A stretch of DNA of 64,000 nucleotides from Eledone cirrhosa (Eukaryota). Numbering within the stretch: position 1 is the stretch's first letter; every line of letters begins with the position of its first letter. Under the pieces are notes generated by a model, which worked only from the letters and a program-made list of their open reading frames with translations, searched no databases and was not told where the DNA came from. Where the stretch lies: positions 174,158,001-174,222,000 of the forward strand of contig OZ024743.1 of the NCBI GenBank assembly GCA_964016885.1. The letters are read 5' to 3'. Made by a program: the position numbers and the translations under genes. Shown here one piece after another: positions 1 through 14,215 of this stretch.

Positions 1-162
1 TTCTGGTCAGTGAGGGGGTGGAAGCAATATACATACATATATCTCTCTGTGGTCGGTAGGATAGGGGAGAGTGATAGAAAGGGATTTATTGCACTTACAC
101 CTATATATACACAAATACCCTCATCCACACACACATACATATACATATACATGCATATACAC

Positions 163-257
<95 letters not shown>

Positions 258-397
258 TATACATATACACATACATACACACACACATACATATACATAC
301 ACACATACACACACACATACATATATACACATACACAACACACATATATATATACACACACACCCATATATATACATACACATACATCCAGATACAC

Positions 398-464
<67 letters not shown>

Positions 465-1772
465 TATATATACACATACGCATACATCCAGATACACACA
501 TACATACACACACACACACAATACATACACATACATACATCCACATGCACACACATACACACACACACACATACACATACATACACCCACACACATAGAG
601 AAATGGCCTCCAAATATATATATATACATACATACACATATATTTTTTCCATAATATAAGAAGTTAGAACAGTGAAATTAAAATACAAGTCATTCTGATC
701 ACATTGAGTTCTTCATGTAGATTGGGCCCTGCAACCGACAGTGGTGAATTCTGTGTGCGCATATATATATATAGATATATGTGTGTGCACGTGCATGGTT
801 TAACATGGATGTGTTGGTCACACAAAGGCATGGTCTGTCAACGAATAAACCTGATTCTACAGAATTGGTCTCTGGTCTTTAATAGTAGTGATAATTATAT
901 ACATGCACACATACAAACACATATATCTGTCACTCCGTGCGTACGTGTGTTTATATTTTATGACAATTCTATTGGGGTGATAACCCGTTTAGTTTTGGTT
1001 TAAATTTGTTAAGGAATAGATTTTCTTTGTTTATTCTTTGTTGCTGTGTGAACGAATCTGAGCACTTGTAGAAGGGGAAGATTTTAAAGTTGGGTAGTGT
1101 CAATCTACATGAAGAACTCAATGTGATCTGAATGACTTGTATTTTAATTTCACTGTTCTAACTTCTTATATTATGGAAAAAATATATGTGTATGTATGTA
1201 TATACATATATATATTTGGAGGCCATTTCTCTATGTGTGTGGGTGTATGTATGTGTATGTGTGTGTGTGTATGTGTGTGCATGTGGATGTATGTATGTGT
1301 ATGTATTGTGTGTGTGTGTATGTATGTGTGTATCTGGATGTATGCGTATGTGTATATATATGTGTGTGTGTGTGTATATATGTGTGTGTGTGTGTGTATG
1401 TATGTGTGTATCTGGATGTATGTGTATGTATATATATGTGTGTGTGTGTATATATATATGTGTGTTGTGTATGTGTATATATGTATGTGTGTGTGTATGT
1501 GTGTATGTATATGTATGTGTGTGTGTATGTATGTGTGTATATGTATATATATGTATATATATATATGTATATGTGTATATGTATATATATGTATATATAT
1601 ATATGTATATGTGTATATGCATGTATATGTATATGTATGTGTGTGTGGATGAGGGTATTTGTGTATATATAGGTGTAAGTGCAATAAATCCCTTTCTATC
1701 ACTCTCCCCTCTCCTACCGACTACAGAGAGATATATGTATGTATATTGCTTCCACCCCCTCACTGACCAGAA
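1..1772. repeat. Large imperfect inverted repeat (arms ~1-724 and ~1101-1772), non-coding, CA/TA-rich; probable PLE-type terminal region
   Basis: 1-101 (ttctggtcagtgagggggtgg...gcacttacacc) is the reverse complement of ~1672-1772. 690-724 is the reverse complement of ~1101-1137. The left arm is cut by the window edge. Confidence 0.85.
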
Positions 1773-2170
1773 GCTGGCCATCTGGCCATTGCTAAATCTG
1801 ACCTTTATAAAATAACCCACTCCCCCAAATAACTACTCATTCACTACCAGAAAGGCACACAGCAGTCAACTTGCTGCTACCAAGATGAAAACTACTATGA
1901 AATCCCACACTGAATTTTATACTTGAATTTTCAAATCTCAAATTTTAACTCTTCTTATTATTAATTTTCTTAATATTAATCAACATTTGAAAAGATGGCT
2001 TTTGCAGACCCATCGAAACCGGTCATTTTTTATACCCTTTATTATTTCATTACCTTATAAAATTATATGTTTTTTCAGAAAAAAGTATTCTGTCTCTTAT
2101 ATATTCCATGTGCCATTACCAACCTCAATTTTCTCTATAACCTTCGTTTTGTGTAGAAACTTACACTTTT

Positions 2171-2273
2171 CATGTATATATGTATATATATATATATATA
2201 TGTATATATATGTATATATATATGTATATATATATATATATGTATAGATATATATATGTATATATATATGTAT

Positions 2274-2331
<58 letters not shown>

Positions 2332-2512
2332 GTATATATATATATATATGTATATATATATGTATATATATATATATGTATATATATATGTATATATATA
2401 TGTATATATATATGTATATATATATGTATATATATATGTATATATATATATATATATATATACATATATATATACATATATGTATATACATATGTATATA
2501 TATATGTATATA

Positions 2513-2562
<50 letters not shown>

Positions 2563-3104
2563 TATATGTATATGTATATATATATATATGTATATATATA
2601 TGTATATATATATATATATGTATATATATGTATATATATATATGTGTGTATATATATATAAATGTATATATATATGTATATATATGTGTGTATGTATATA
2701 TATATGTATATATATATGTGTATATATATATATGTATATATATATGTATATATATATATATATATAGATATATGTATATATATATGTATATATATATGTA
2801 TATATATATGTATATATATATGTGTATGTATATATATATATATGTATATATATGTGTATATATATATATATATGTATATATATATGTATATATATATGTA
2901 TATGTATATATATATGTATATATATATGTATATATATATATATGTATATATATATATGTATATATATATATGAATATATATATGTATATATATATATATG
3001 TATATATATATGTATATATATATATATGCATATATATATATGTATATATATATGTATATATATACATATATATATATATATATGTGTATATGTATATATA
3101 TTTG

Positions 3105-3160
<56 letters not shown>

Positions 3161-3468
3161 TATATATATGTATATATATATATGTATATATATATGTGTA
3201 TATATATATATATATGTCTATATATATGTATATATTTATGTATACATATATATATATATGTATATATATATGTATATATATATATGTATATATGTATATA
3301 TATATATATGTATATATATATATGTATATGTATATATATATATGTATATATATATATGTATATATATATGTGTATATATATGTATATATATATATGTATA
3401 TATATGTATATATATATATGTATATATATATGTGTATATATATGTATATATATATATGTATATATATG

Positions 3469-3501
<33 letters not shown>

Positions 3502-3504
3502 GTG

Positions 3505-3543
<39 letters not shown>

Positions 3544-3556
3544 GTATATATATATG

Positions 3557-3587
<31 letters not shown>

Positions 3588-3619
3588 GTATATATATATG
3601 TATATATATATGTATATAC

Positions 3620-3666
<47 letters not shown>

Positions 3667-3752
3667 CATATATATATACATATATATATATGCATATACA
3701 TATATACATATGTATATACATATATATATACATATATATATATATATATGTA
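2171..3752. repeat. Interrupted (TA)n microsatellite tract
   Basis: TA dinucleotides with periodic TG/CA interruptions. Confidence 0.98.
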
Positions 3753-3907
3753 CATCAAAGTGATGCAGTAGCTGCGTCAGGCAATCCCTTCCATTACGGA
3801 ATCCATGCTGGTTGGAGTTCAACATATTGTTACTCTCAAAGAAGTGAGTCATTCGTGATCTCACCACTCTCTCAAATACCTTAATGATATGAGAGGTGAG
3901 TGAGATA
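3753..3907 (-). pseudogene. Short LINE (CR1-group) reverse transcriptase fragment
   Basis: [15 protein letters not shown]...[19 protein letters not shown], the N-terminal motifs of a non-LTR RT, flanked by TA tracts. Confidence 0.88.
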
Positions 3908-3967
3908 TATATGTATATATGTATATATGTATGTATATATGTATATATATATATATGTATATATATG

Positions 3968-3999
<32 letters not shown>

Positions 4000-4016
4000 T
4001 GTGTATATATATATAT

Positions 4017-4054
<38 letters not shown>

Positions 4055-4109
4055 GTATATATGTATATATATATATATGTATATATACACATATATGTAT
4101 ATGTATATA

Positions 4110-5322
4110 TAACTTTGAATAACTTTGAAATGTTTTGGCCAGTATTGGCCCAGGCCATGTCTAACTTAATAGCACCACCTGGCGAAGTCTTTCAATTCAG
4201 GATTTGGGCACCATGGCCCATTCGAGAAGAGAATCACTGTCTGCGGAGACATATCCGGGTGTGGGTGGTTTGTCCGGGATTACCTGGAGGAATTTGTCCA
4301 AAGACTTCTTGAATTTTGTGTGGTCAGTTTCTGTTTTGACGTGTCCTGGTGTGATGTTGAAGAGAGCAGGGCCGACTGAGGTGAAATAATTGTGCCGTAT
4401 TGTTGTTATGAGTTGCGATTTAGATTTTTGAATGGGACGGACAGCACGGGGCCCAAGCCTTGGGTGTATCTTGAAGGCGATGCCAACATCATTTGGGCAG
4501 TGATGATGGAACACCCTCCACATCATGCAGATAATACAACGCTCACGGCGACGCCGGAGTGAGCAAAGCCTCAGGTTTTCCAATCGACCCCAGTAGTCAA
4601 GGTCTGACATGCCATCTATCTCTTTCGCGATCGCCCCCCGAGGAGCCCCAAGCCTCATGATACTTTGTTTCGTGTGGGGAGACCACAGTGGACAACAGTA
4701 TTCAAGGTGTGGTCGGGCGAAAGTAGAGAAGAGAAGGACAATGGTGCGGGAATCTCTCGACCGGAAGGCCCCGAGGACCCAGGAACACACCCCGCGGGCC
4801 ATGTCAACCTTGCTGCCCATATGCGTGGTCCAGCTTATGTTGCCGTCCACGGCCACTCCCAAGTCTCCGATGCCACGAGAGTTTCCCCGGAGGGAAGGGA
4901 GCACGGGAGCCCCAGAGCATCCTCCCCTCCAAAGTGGACCAGTTCGAACCCGTCTTCGCCCAGTAACATGCCGTTCTTTTCTGCCCATTGGGCAACAGCC
5001 AGTAGGTCTGACTGAAGGCCTATCCGGTCATCCACGCCATCGATGACCCCCTGGAGCCTGGAACCATCAGCGAAAATTTTAATGTTGCTGTGTTTGATGA
5101 CGTCAGTGATGTCATCAATATAGATGATGAGGAGAAGTGGGCCCAACACAGTGCCCTGTGGGACTCCACCACCGACCTTGGCTGGGCCCGATTTGACTCC
5201 CTCAACCACAACATGTTGGGCCCTGTTTGACAGGAAGCTCTTGATCCACCGCAGCAGCCCTCCAGTGACACCAACATTGGACAGCCCTCTCAGTAGAATG
5301 CTATGATCAACCCTGTCAAAGG
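4110..5322 (-). mobile_element. 5'-truncated CR1-group LINE (RT core to 3' end), frameshifted, apparently A>G hypermutated
   Basis: [41 protein letters not shown] and SLRRRRER motifs; short tandem tail (TTCAAAGTTA)2 at ~4110-4130. Confidence 0.92.
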
Positions 5323-6257
<935 letters not shown>

Positions 6258-6349
6258 AAAAGGAACGATCGACTTTCGTCAAATCGGACCGAGGGAACAA
6301 TGTTTCCGTTGGTCTTTCCAATTGCTAATACTATCTATCGGTCGCAACT

Positions 6350-6470
6350 CCAGGTAGAAGGAGCAACGTGAAATAAAGTGTCTTGCTCAAGGACATAACG
6401 CATCGCATGGTCCAGGAATCGAACTCACAACCTTACGATTGCGAATCCAATTCCCTAACCACTCAGCCAC
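6350..6470 (-). mobile_element. tRNA-derived SINE head with CORE-like segment
   Basis: Minus strand: A box GTGGCTGAGTGG, B box GAGTTCGATTCC, then TGTCCTTGAGCAAGACACTT, which resembles the CORE-SINE domain. Confidence 0.85.
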
Positions 6471-6498
6471 AGTCCTTTATATATATATACATATATAC

Positions 6499-6529
<31 letters not shown>

Positions 6530-7633
6530 CATATATATTAACGAAGAGAAAAATTTTTAAATAATATTAAATTAAGGTTTGTATATTTAACGGTTTAATA
6601 ATATGTGCGAGGAAAAGAAATTGTTAATATGTATTAAGAATAATATTTAAGGGTTTAATAATATGTGCGATGGAACGAAATTGTTGATATGTATTATTAA
6701 AAAATATAAAAATAAAGCAATAGTTATGTAATTAAGGATATATTGTGAAAGAAGTAGAAGAGAGGATGAATAAGTGTAATATGTATAAGTTAGATGAGCA
6801 TGAAAGGGAGAAAAAAATAATGAATTGAGGATGAATAATCTAACGTCAAAAAAATGTTTATGTATACGAAGGATTTTTTAAGGTGATATGAAGTAAAAAT
6901 ATATTGTGCTGTGTAATAATTGTTTCTATGTTAGGCACAATGAGAAAAGGTACAGATTAGCGGTTAGAAATTAAAAGAAAGAGAAAAGAAAAGAAAAAAG
7001 GAAAAAGAAAGAAAGGGAAGTGATAAATAGTAGTGAAATAGAATGAGTAACTAGTATTATATAATGTATAATAAATAACATTGAAATAAGGTAGAAAGAT
7101 GGGTATATTTTTAAACAAATATATATGTATATATATATATGTGCCATTGAGAAAAGGATTTTAAATTGATAAAGTATTAGATATTAGCTGTATACTTTAT
7201 GGAATGTTCTGTGGAATTTATGCAAGCAGAGAGAAAACAAGTCAGTGCGTCTATTTATTATAGAATCTAAATTAGATATAATGGTAAATTTTTCACATAA
7301 ACAGAGATTGTATGTCTTGGATAGAGAACTGTTCAAGTATATATATTATCTTCCAACGGTTTTTCAACCTCTCTATGTAAAACAATATATTTTTCTCAGT
7401 TATAAAACCTATCTCTCTCTATCACCCATCTCTCCTCCTATCTCATCCTTCCTCATTATACTCCTCCCCCTCCACTTTTTACTCTCATCTCCTCCTCTTT
7501 TTCATCCTTTCCAACCCAACCCCCTCAAATCTTTTTTTCCCAATATCACACATCAATCTAAAACTACTTTTCATATGTTGATTTAAAACTGCACTATTCA
7601 CAAGTGTGTTTTAACCTTCATATCATGTCTCCC

Positions 7634-7704
7634 TATTTTATCTGACGAAAACGCAAATGTTATTGCATGATGATATTTGTTTTAGAAATGCACATAATAA
7701 AATA
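7634..7704 (+). ncRNA. Type I hammerhead ribozyme candidate
   Basis: Stem I tattttat/ataaaata (8 bp); CTGACGA; stem II caaatgttat/atgatatttg; GAAA-T-gcac-A-TA. Position 10.1/11.1 is an A.A mismatch. Confidence 0.65.
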
Positions 7705-7840
7705 CATGGAACTCTTTTAACCATCTTTTGATCTTATATATTATTATTTATACTCCAGTCCTACAAACTGTAGAGTGCTACTTATCCGATATCTGCATTG
7801 CTATTGTACTACAATAAAACTCACCTCCTACTACTATATA

Positions 7841-7893
<53 letters not shown>

Positions 7894-7935
7894 GTATATA
7901 TGTATATATATATGTGTATATATATATGTATATAT

Positions 7936-8392
7936 CAAAGGGCAAAGGAGCTCTTAAGAGTCAATGGCCATCCAAAATCACCGGGAGAGATGACCCCTTA
8001 GCCTTTGTCAAGGCAGAATTCTAGGAGAAGGAAAACTCTGATATAACACCTGCAACCCTGATGGTATCCAATGATGTTGACTTGTTCTTCTTTTTGGTAA
8101 ATATCATCTTGGTTAAGAGAGTGGGACTGGCTTTGTGCAGTGCCTTTGCTCACTATAAAAGCTTCACGGCACAGGCATTGCTTTATATCTGGAGATCTCT
8201 CTGCACTTGTCGTCACATGGTACCATGGGCCCTGCACTATGTGTCAGTAATTGTCACAAGTGTAGTGTTTGTACCAGAGTTTTCAAGTCGCTGGCTGGAC
8301 TAAAAAGTCACACTCGTTCAGCGCATCGGTAGGGGTTCTCCTACATGGATATAAAGTAGTGGCCGTACTCGAAAACGAGTTGGCAGCCACCA
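7936..8392 (+). mobile_element. Short RTE-like LINE 3'-end derivative, copy 1
   Basis: C2H2-like remnant [17 protein letters not shown] at the 3' end; near-identical copy at 28931-29348. Confidence 0.65.
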
Positions 8393-8437
<45 letters not shown>

Positions 8438-8468
8438 ATATATGTATATATATATATATATGTATATA

Positions 8469-8501
<33 letters not shown>

Positions 8502-8522
8502 ATATATATATATATGTATATA

Positions 8523-8555
<33 letters not shown>

Positions 8556-8572
8556 ATATATATATATATGTA

Positions 8573-8621
<49 letters not shown>

Positions 8622-8636
8622 GTATATATGTATATG

Positions 8637-8681
<45 letters not shown>

Positions 8682-8705
8682 GTATATATATATATGTATA
8701 TATGT

Positions 8706-8739
<34 letters not shown>

Positions 8740-8771
8740 GTATATATATATGTATATATATATAAATAAGA

Positions 8772-8859
<88 letters not shown>

Positions 8860-8900
8860 TGTATATATATATAAATAAGATATATGTATATATATATAGA

Positions 8901-8975
<75 letters not shown>

Positions 8976-9302
8976 GTATATATATATATGTATATATATA
9001 TATATGTATGTATATATATATGTATATATGTATATATATATGTATATATGTATATATATATATGTATATATGTATATATATATGTATATATGTATATATA
9101 TATATGTACATATATATGTATATATGTATATATATGTATGTATATATATATGTATATATGTATATATATATGTATATATGTATATATATATGTATATATG
9201 AATATATATATGTATATATGTATATATATATGTATATATATATATGTACATATATATGTATATATGTATATATATATATGTATATATATATGTATATATA
9301 TA

Positions 9303-9371
<69 letters not shown>
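8393..9371. repeat. Interrupted (TA)n tract
   Basis: Direct reading. Confidence 0.97.
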
Positions 9372-9378
<7 letters not shown>

Positions 9379-10567
9379 GAGAAGAAAGAAGAATACTGCG
9401 TGGCTTGCACATGGGTTACATATGATAAAAATAGTCCTTCGTCAGTGATTTGCCAACCATCATTGGTATTTCATCGCATTAAAAATCAGATACCTCAGGT
9501 TGGTGCGAGCAATAAGCTAAAAAAATAGTTATTGGGACCAGTAATCCCGTAAAGCGAGGGGGACAAGTGAACAACATAGAAGGATAAAAACAAACCAAAG
9601 AAAGGAAATAAACAAGCAACATGGTAGTCCTGGTCAGCATTAGCTGGGTGGATTTCCGGAGCGAATAGTACAGACGTCCGACGTGAGTGAGATGTAAGCA
9701 AGAATAGGCCCACTGTTAGCCAAAACGGGAGGAAGTGAGAAGGGGAGAAACAGAGAGTGAATGAGTGGAAGTGCGAGGAAGCGGTCAGTCAAGAGAAAGT
9801 GTACCTGACAGAGGGGACGAAAGAAGGTGAGAGAAACAGAGAGCGGGGAAGCAGTAAGAGAGAAACAGACAAACGCAGCCGAGGTAAATATATATAAAAA
9901 ACATGAGAAGAAAGAAGAATACTGCGTGGCTTGCACATGGGTTACATATGATAAAAATAGTCCTTCGTCAGTGATTTGCCAACCATCATTGGTATTTCAT
10001 CACATTAAAAATCAGATACCTCAGGTTGGTGCGAGCAATAAGCTAAAAAAATAGTTATTGGGACCAGTAATCGCGTAAAGCGAGGGGGACAAGTGAACAA
10101 CATAGAAGGATAAAAACAAACCAAAGAAAGGAAATAAACAAGCAACATGGTAGTCCTGGTCAGCATTATCTGGGTGGATTTCATGAGCGAATAGTACAGA
10201 CGTCCGACGTGAGTGAGATGTAAGCAAGAAAAGGCCCACTGTTAGCCAAACGGGAGGAAGCGAGAAGGGGAGAACCAGAGAGTGAGTGAGTGGTAGTGCG
10301 AGGAAGCGGTCAGTCAAGAGAAAGTGTAACTGACAGAGGGGACGAAAGAAGGTGAGAGAAACAGAGAGAGCGGGGAAGCAGTAGGAGAGAAACAGACAAA
10401 CGCAGCCGAGGTAAATATATATTAAAAAAACATGAGAAGAAAGAAGAATACTGCGTGGTTTGCACATGGGTTACATATGATAAAAATAGTCCCTCGTCAG
10501 TGATTTGCCAACCATCATTGGTATTTCATCGCATTAAAATTCAGATACTTCAGGTTGGTGCGAGCAA
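9372..10567 (-). repeat. Tandem array of ~2.3 copies of a 526-530 bp non-coding unit (retrozyme-like)
   Basis: acatgagaagaaagaagaatactgc recurs at ~9375, 9901 and 10430; homologous to the reverse complement of 35816-36681. Confidence 0.9.
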
Positions 10568-10568
10568 A

Positions 10569-10627
<59 letters not shown>

Positions 10628-10629
<2 letters not shown>

Positions 10630-11289
10630 CTCTTTTACCTGTTTCAGCCATCCGGCTGAGGCCATGCTGGGGCACCGCCCTGGTTGCTACACATTTTATC
10701 TCCAGCTTGTATAGGTTGGCCACTGGTGTAAGAGGGAGTTTGTTGCTGCTGCCCTTAAGTTTCCCTCGTGTCTTGCTGTGGGCTCATCCGGGATCCTGGA
10801 TAACAAGGTGTCGAGATGTTTCTTGAAGACATCCACCTCCACGTCATGCAAGTCTCAGATCCCTCGGCAGCCTGTTGAATAGTTGAGGGCCCTTGAATCC
10901 CAGGCTATTGCAATACCTGCTCCTTATTCTAGATGTGGAAGACGGGACCTTTGGCACCACACAGTGACGTCCTGTTCGACGGTTGGTCCAGCTCCCAATG
11001 CCAAAGTTTGGTGCTAGTCCCTCCAGGATTTTCCACATGTAGATCACTGCGTATCTCTCCCGTCTTCGCTCCAAGGAGTAGAGGTTCAGTTCCTTTAGCC
11101 TCTCCCAGTAGCTTGTCTCCCTCATCTTGGCAATCCTCTTGGTGTAGCTTCGCTGGATTGCCTAAAGCTCCGTGGTTAGTTTGACACTATGGGGTGACCA
11201 CAACTGGGAGCAGTAGTCCAGGCGGCTTAGGACAAATGTCCTCCATAGTGTCAACATGGTGTCTCGATCTATTGTCCAGAAAGTCCTCC
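10628..11289 (-). mobile_element. 3' fragment of a CR1-group LINE
   Basis: LWRTFVLSRLDYCSQLWSP and SYWERLKELNLYSLERRRERY; the 3' UTR ends at the TA tract. Confidence 0.9.
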
Positions 11290-12543
11290 AAATACCTGAT
11301 ACTCAAAAATGCAGCAATGTCCAGTAGTGCTAAGTTTAATATTCTGATCGCAGATTTGGTACGAGTGATGAAGAATGTGTCCCGCATGTGCGACCCAACA
11401 GAAATGGAAAGACACATCCAACACTTCATCAACCGCATGCAGTTCTATGGCTACAACCAAAGAGACAGAGTCAGAGTATACGAAGGAGCCATGGAGAAGT
11501 ATAAGACCCTCATAGAACTGGACATGAAAGGAATTTGCCCATTATACAGGAGCAAATAAAGGAATAGCTTAGATAGGGCTAGACATAAGATAGGGAAAGC
11601 CACCTCATGGTACGACAACCAGAGATACCAGAGTGTCATGTTTGTGGACGCTACTCCTGGAGGGAAATTAGCTAACCAGTGTAGAAAGGCCCTGAGAAAG
11701 ACCCACTTAAAGATTAAGGTGGTAGAAAAGCCAGGAACCACCATAAAATCCCTGATCAGCAAAGCCTACCCTTTTAAGAAAACCCACTGTACTAATAGGA
11801 AATGTATCATATGTAAGGTAAACCCCGGATAAACTGTAAAACTAGAAACGTAGTCTATAGCATAAGATGTACAGAGGGTACTTGCAGAAACATGACAACA
11901 ACATACATAGGTGAGACAGCTCGTAGCATAGGTGAAATGATAGACCAACACTGGGGGGAACTAAAAGGACGAAAAAACGGTTCAGTACTATACGAACATG
12001 CCAGACAACAACACGACGGTTAACATAGACAACATAGAAATTAGAATAATATCTAAACATAGAAATGACCCAGCAGATAGGCAAATCAGAGAGGCCAGTG
12101 AAATAGAACTTAGACGGCCAAGGCTAAACAGAAAGAATGAATGGAATAACAACAACACCCAAACAAACAACACTGACCTAAGAGAAGTATATAAATAGAT
12201 AAATAAATAAATACATACACAAGCACAATAACAACAAACACATATAAACACACACTAGTAAAGATAGAATACATTAACCAATACACAGTCACCCAATCAG
12301 GAACACACATCAAACAAAACACTATACACACACGCAAACGCATGCGCAAAGAAGACAAAATAAAATAAACAAATAAATAAATATATAAACAGACTAAATA
12401 AAGATGGCGTAGAAAATACAATGCAACGGGAGGAAACAACAGCACCACTGACGGTGTTGCATATGTGTATGTACGTGTACATACTTATATTTAAGTAACA
12501 GCCGTACTAAGAGTGGGAAATGAAATTTCGTTTCATTTTTACC

Positions 12544-12547
<4 letters not shown>
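11287..12547 (+). mobile_element. 5'-truncated, decayed Penelope-like element (RT thumb + GIY-YIG), Naiad-like
   Basis: FVDATPGGKLA...KIKVVEKPG, CxxxxCxxC, then by manual translation NCKTRNVVYSIRC...YIGETARSIGE and LNRKNEW; contains stops and frameshifts. The clade call is an inference. Confidence 0.85.
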
Positions 12548-12612
<65 letters not shown>

Positions 12613-13511
12613 ATCTGGACACTCACACAAACCATGGTATTATGCCAATACTATATATTATTTCACACCTTTTATTATTAAGGTTTTGATGTTCTATTGA
12701 GAGAATCGTTTTTACTGAAAATATCGAATAATGTACGCCATTTTTACCAGTATCACAAAAATACTGGTCCACCGACACACACACACACATTCTCACACAC
12801 ACACACACACATATATACACACACACACATATATATATATACACACGCGTACATTAACATACAAAGAGACACACACACACACTTCTCCGTATAAGACAAG
12901 AGCTGAAAAATATCTTTTAACATGTTAAAATATCCCCCACACACGTACAGATACATTCCTACTGACCATCCCTCTACCACGATTTACTCTGCTACACACA
13001 CACACACACACTTGTCTTAATAGGCATTTGAACTGTCAACAGGCTGCGGTTCGCACACACATCCCTGCTGACCATTATCACAACAACGAACCTCTTTACT
13101 ACTACTACACGCACACACATATTTGTCTTGAAAGACTTATTTTTCAGTGACTTCTCAATCAGTCGAGACAAACCTACATTTGGCGCAAAATCAATTTTTA
13201 ACATTCACATGACCTCTACTGACCAATCAAAATTGTTTGACCACAAGAATTTTTTCATACATCTGGAGCCAGTTGTTTTACATAAAACAGGTAGAATTTC
13301 CAAAACTAATCAGATTAGCGCAAACATCACGGGCGCTCTATCTCAAAATTATTTTTGAAAAGCATTAGAAATGCGCAACCGGTTAAAGTTAAAACCAAAA
13401 CTGAATACTAACCAATACTATTACTAATTTTTACTTATTCCTAATTCAACTATTTTGCACTGGGAACAATTTGTCAGCATTTTCTTTTCCTTTTACCACT
13501 ATATATATATG

Positions 13512-13560
<49 letters not shown>

Positions 13561-13573
13561 GTATATATATATG

Positions 13574-13660
<87 letters not shown>

Positions 13661-13742
13661 TATATATATACATTATGAAGAGAGAAGAAACATTTAGATA
13701 TAATTAGTAATAAAATGTATCATACCTAAACTGTTCCTAAAT

Positions 13743-13830
13743 TCCTCGACTACGTAGTTTCGTGGCATAAACAAAAACAATATATCAAAGATATAGAGTC
13801 CTTGCGAGGTCTGCCGACTTATCAAGAGGA
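13743..13830 (-). ncRNA. Type I hammerhead ribozyme, U3-A8 core variant
   Basis: Minus strand: tcctc TTGATAA gtcggca...tgccac GAAAC tacgta GTC gagga; palindromic stem III. Confidence 0.8.
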
Positions 13831-14090
13831 TACCTCATTTTACTAGTCTCAAGAACGCGTCTACATGACGTGAGAAAGAATCCCAAAAGGCGGAGGGGGA
13901 GATAGTCACGCGATATAACGGTCGAGAAACAGAGCTAAGCCTCTTATAACCACGAAGAAAATACCACGGAGGCGGAGGGGGTATTCATATCGAGGCCGTA
14001 GAAGAGGTAGTGAAGAAGGCGAGAAGTATGAGTAATGGAAGCTTTCCAGTTGTCCCCACACTTCAAAGATTGCTCGACCAGAGGGAGTTA

Positions 14091-14153
<63 letters not shown>

Positions 14154-14154
14154 G

Positions 14155-14211
<57 letters not shown>

Positions 14212-14215
14212 ATGT

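Noticed and set aside
2097-3884. Very long Tyr/Ile/Met/Cys/His ORFs here and throughout (e.g. 832 aa at 38611-41109)
   Set aside because: These are translations of (TA)n tracts that lack stop codons; there is no protein signal
6395-6470. tRNA gene
   Set aside because: A and B boxes are present but they run into a CORE-like SINE body, and the acceptor stem is not convincing
6537-7600. AT-rich unique-looking sequence with a 113-aa ORF (7245-7586)
   Set aside because: Low complexity with no domain or splice pattern; probably the UTR of the element carrying the 7634 HHR
11760-12150. Possible selenocysteine (in-frame TGA) recoding, as described for some Naiad PLEs
   Set aside because: Manual translation shows normal Cys codons, the interruptions are TAA stops and frameshifts, and no convincing SECIS was seen
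12612-13500. Unclassified segment between TA tracts (likewise 29457-30045 and 30538-31010)
   Set aside because: No coding, ribozyme or terminal-repeat signal that I can support from this window alone
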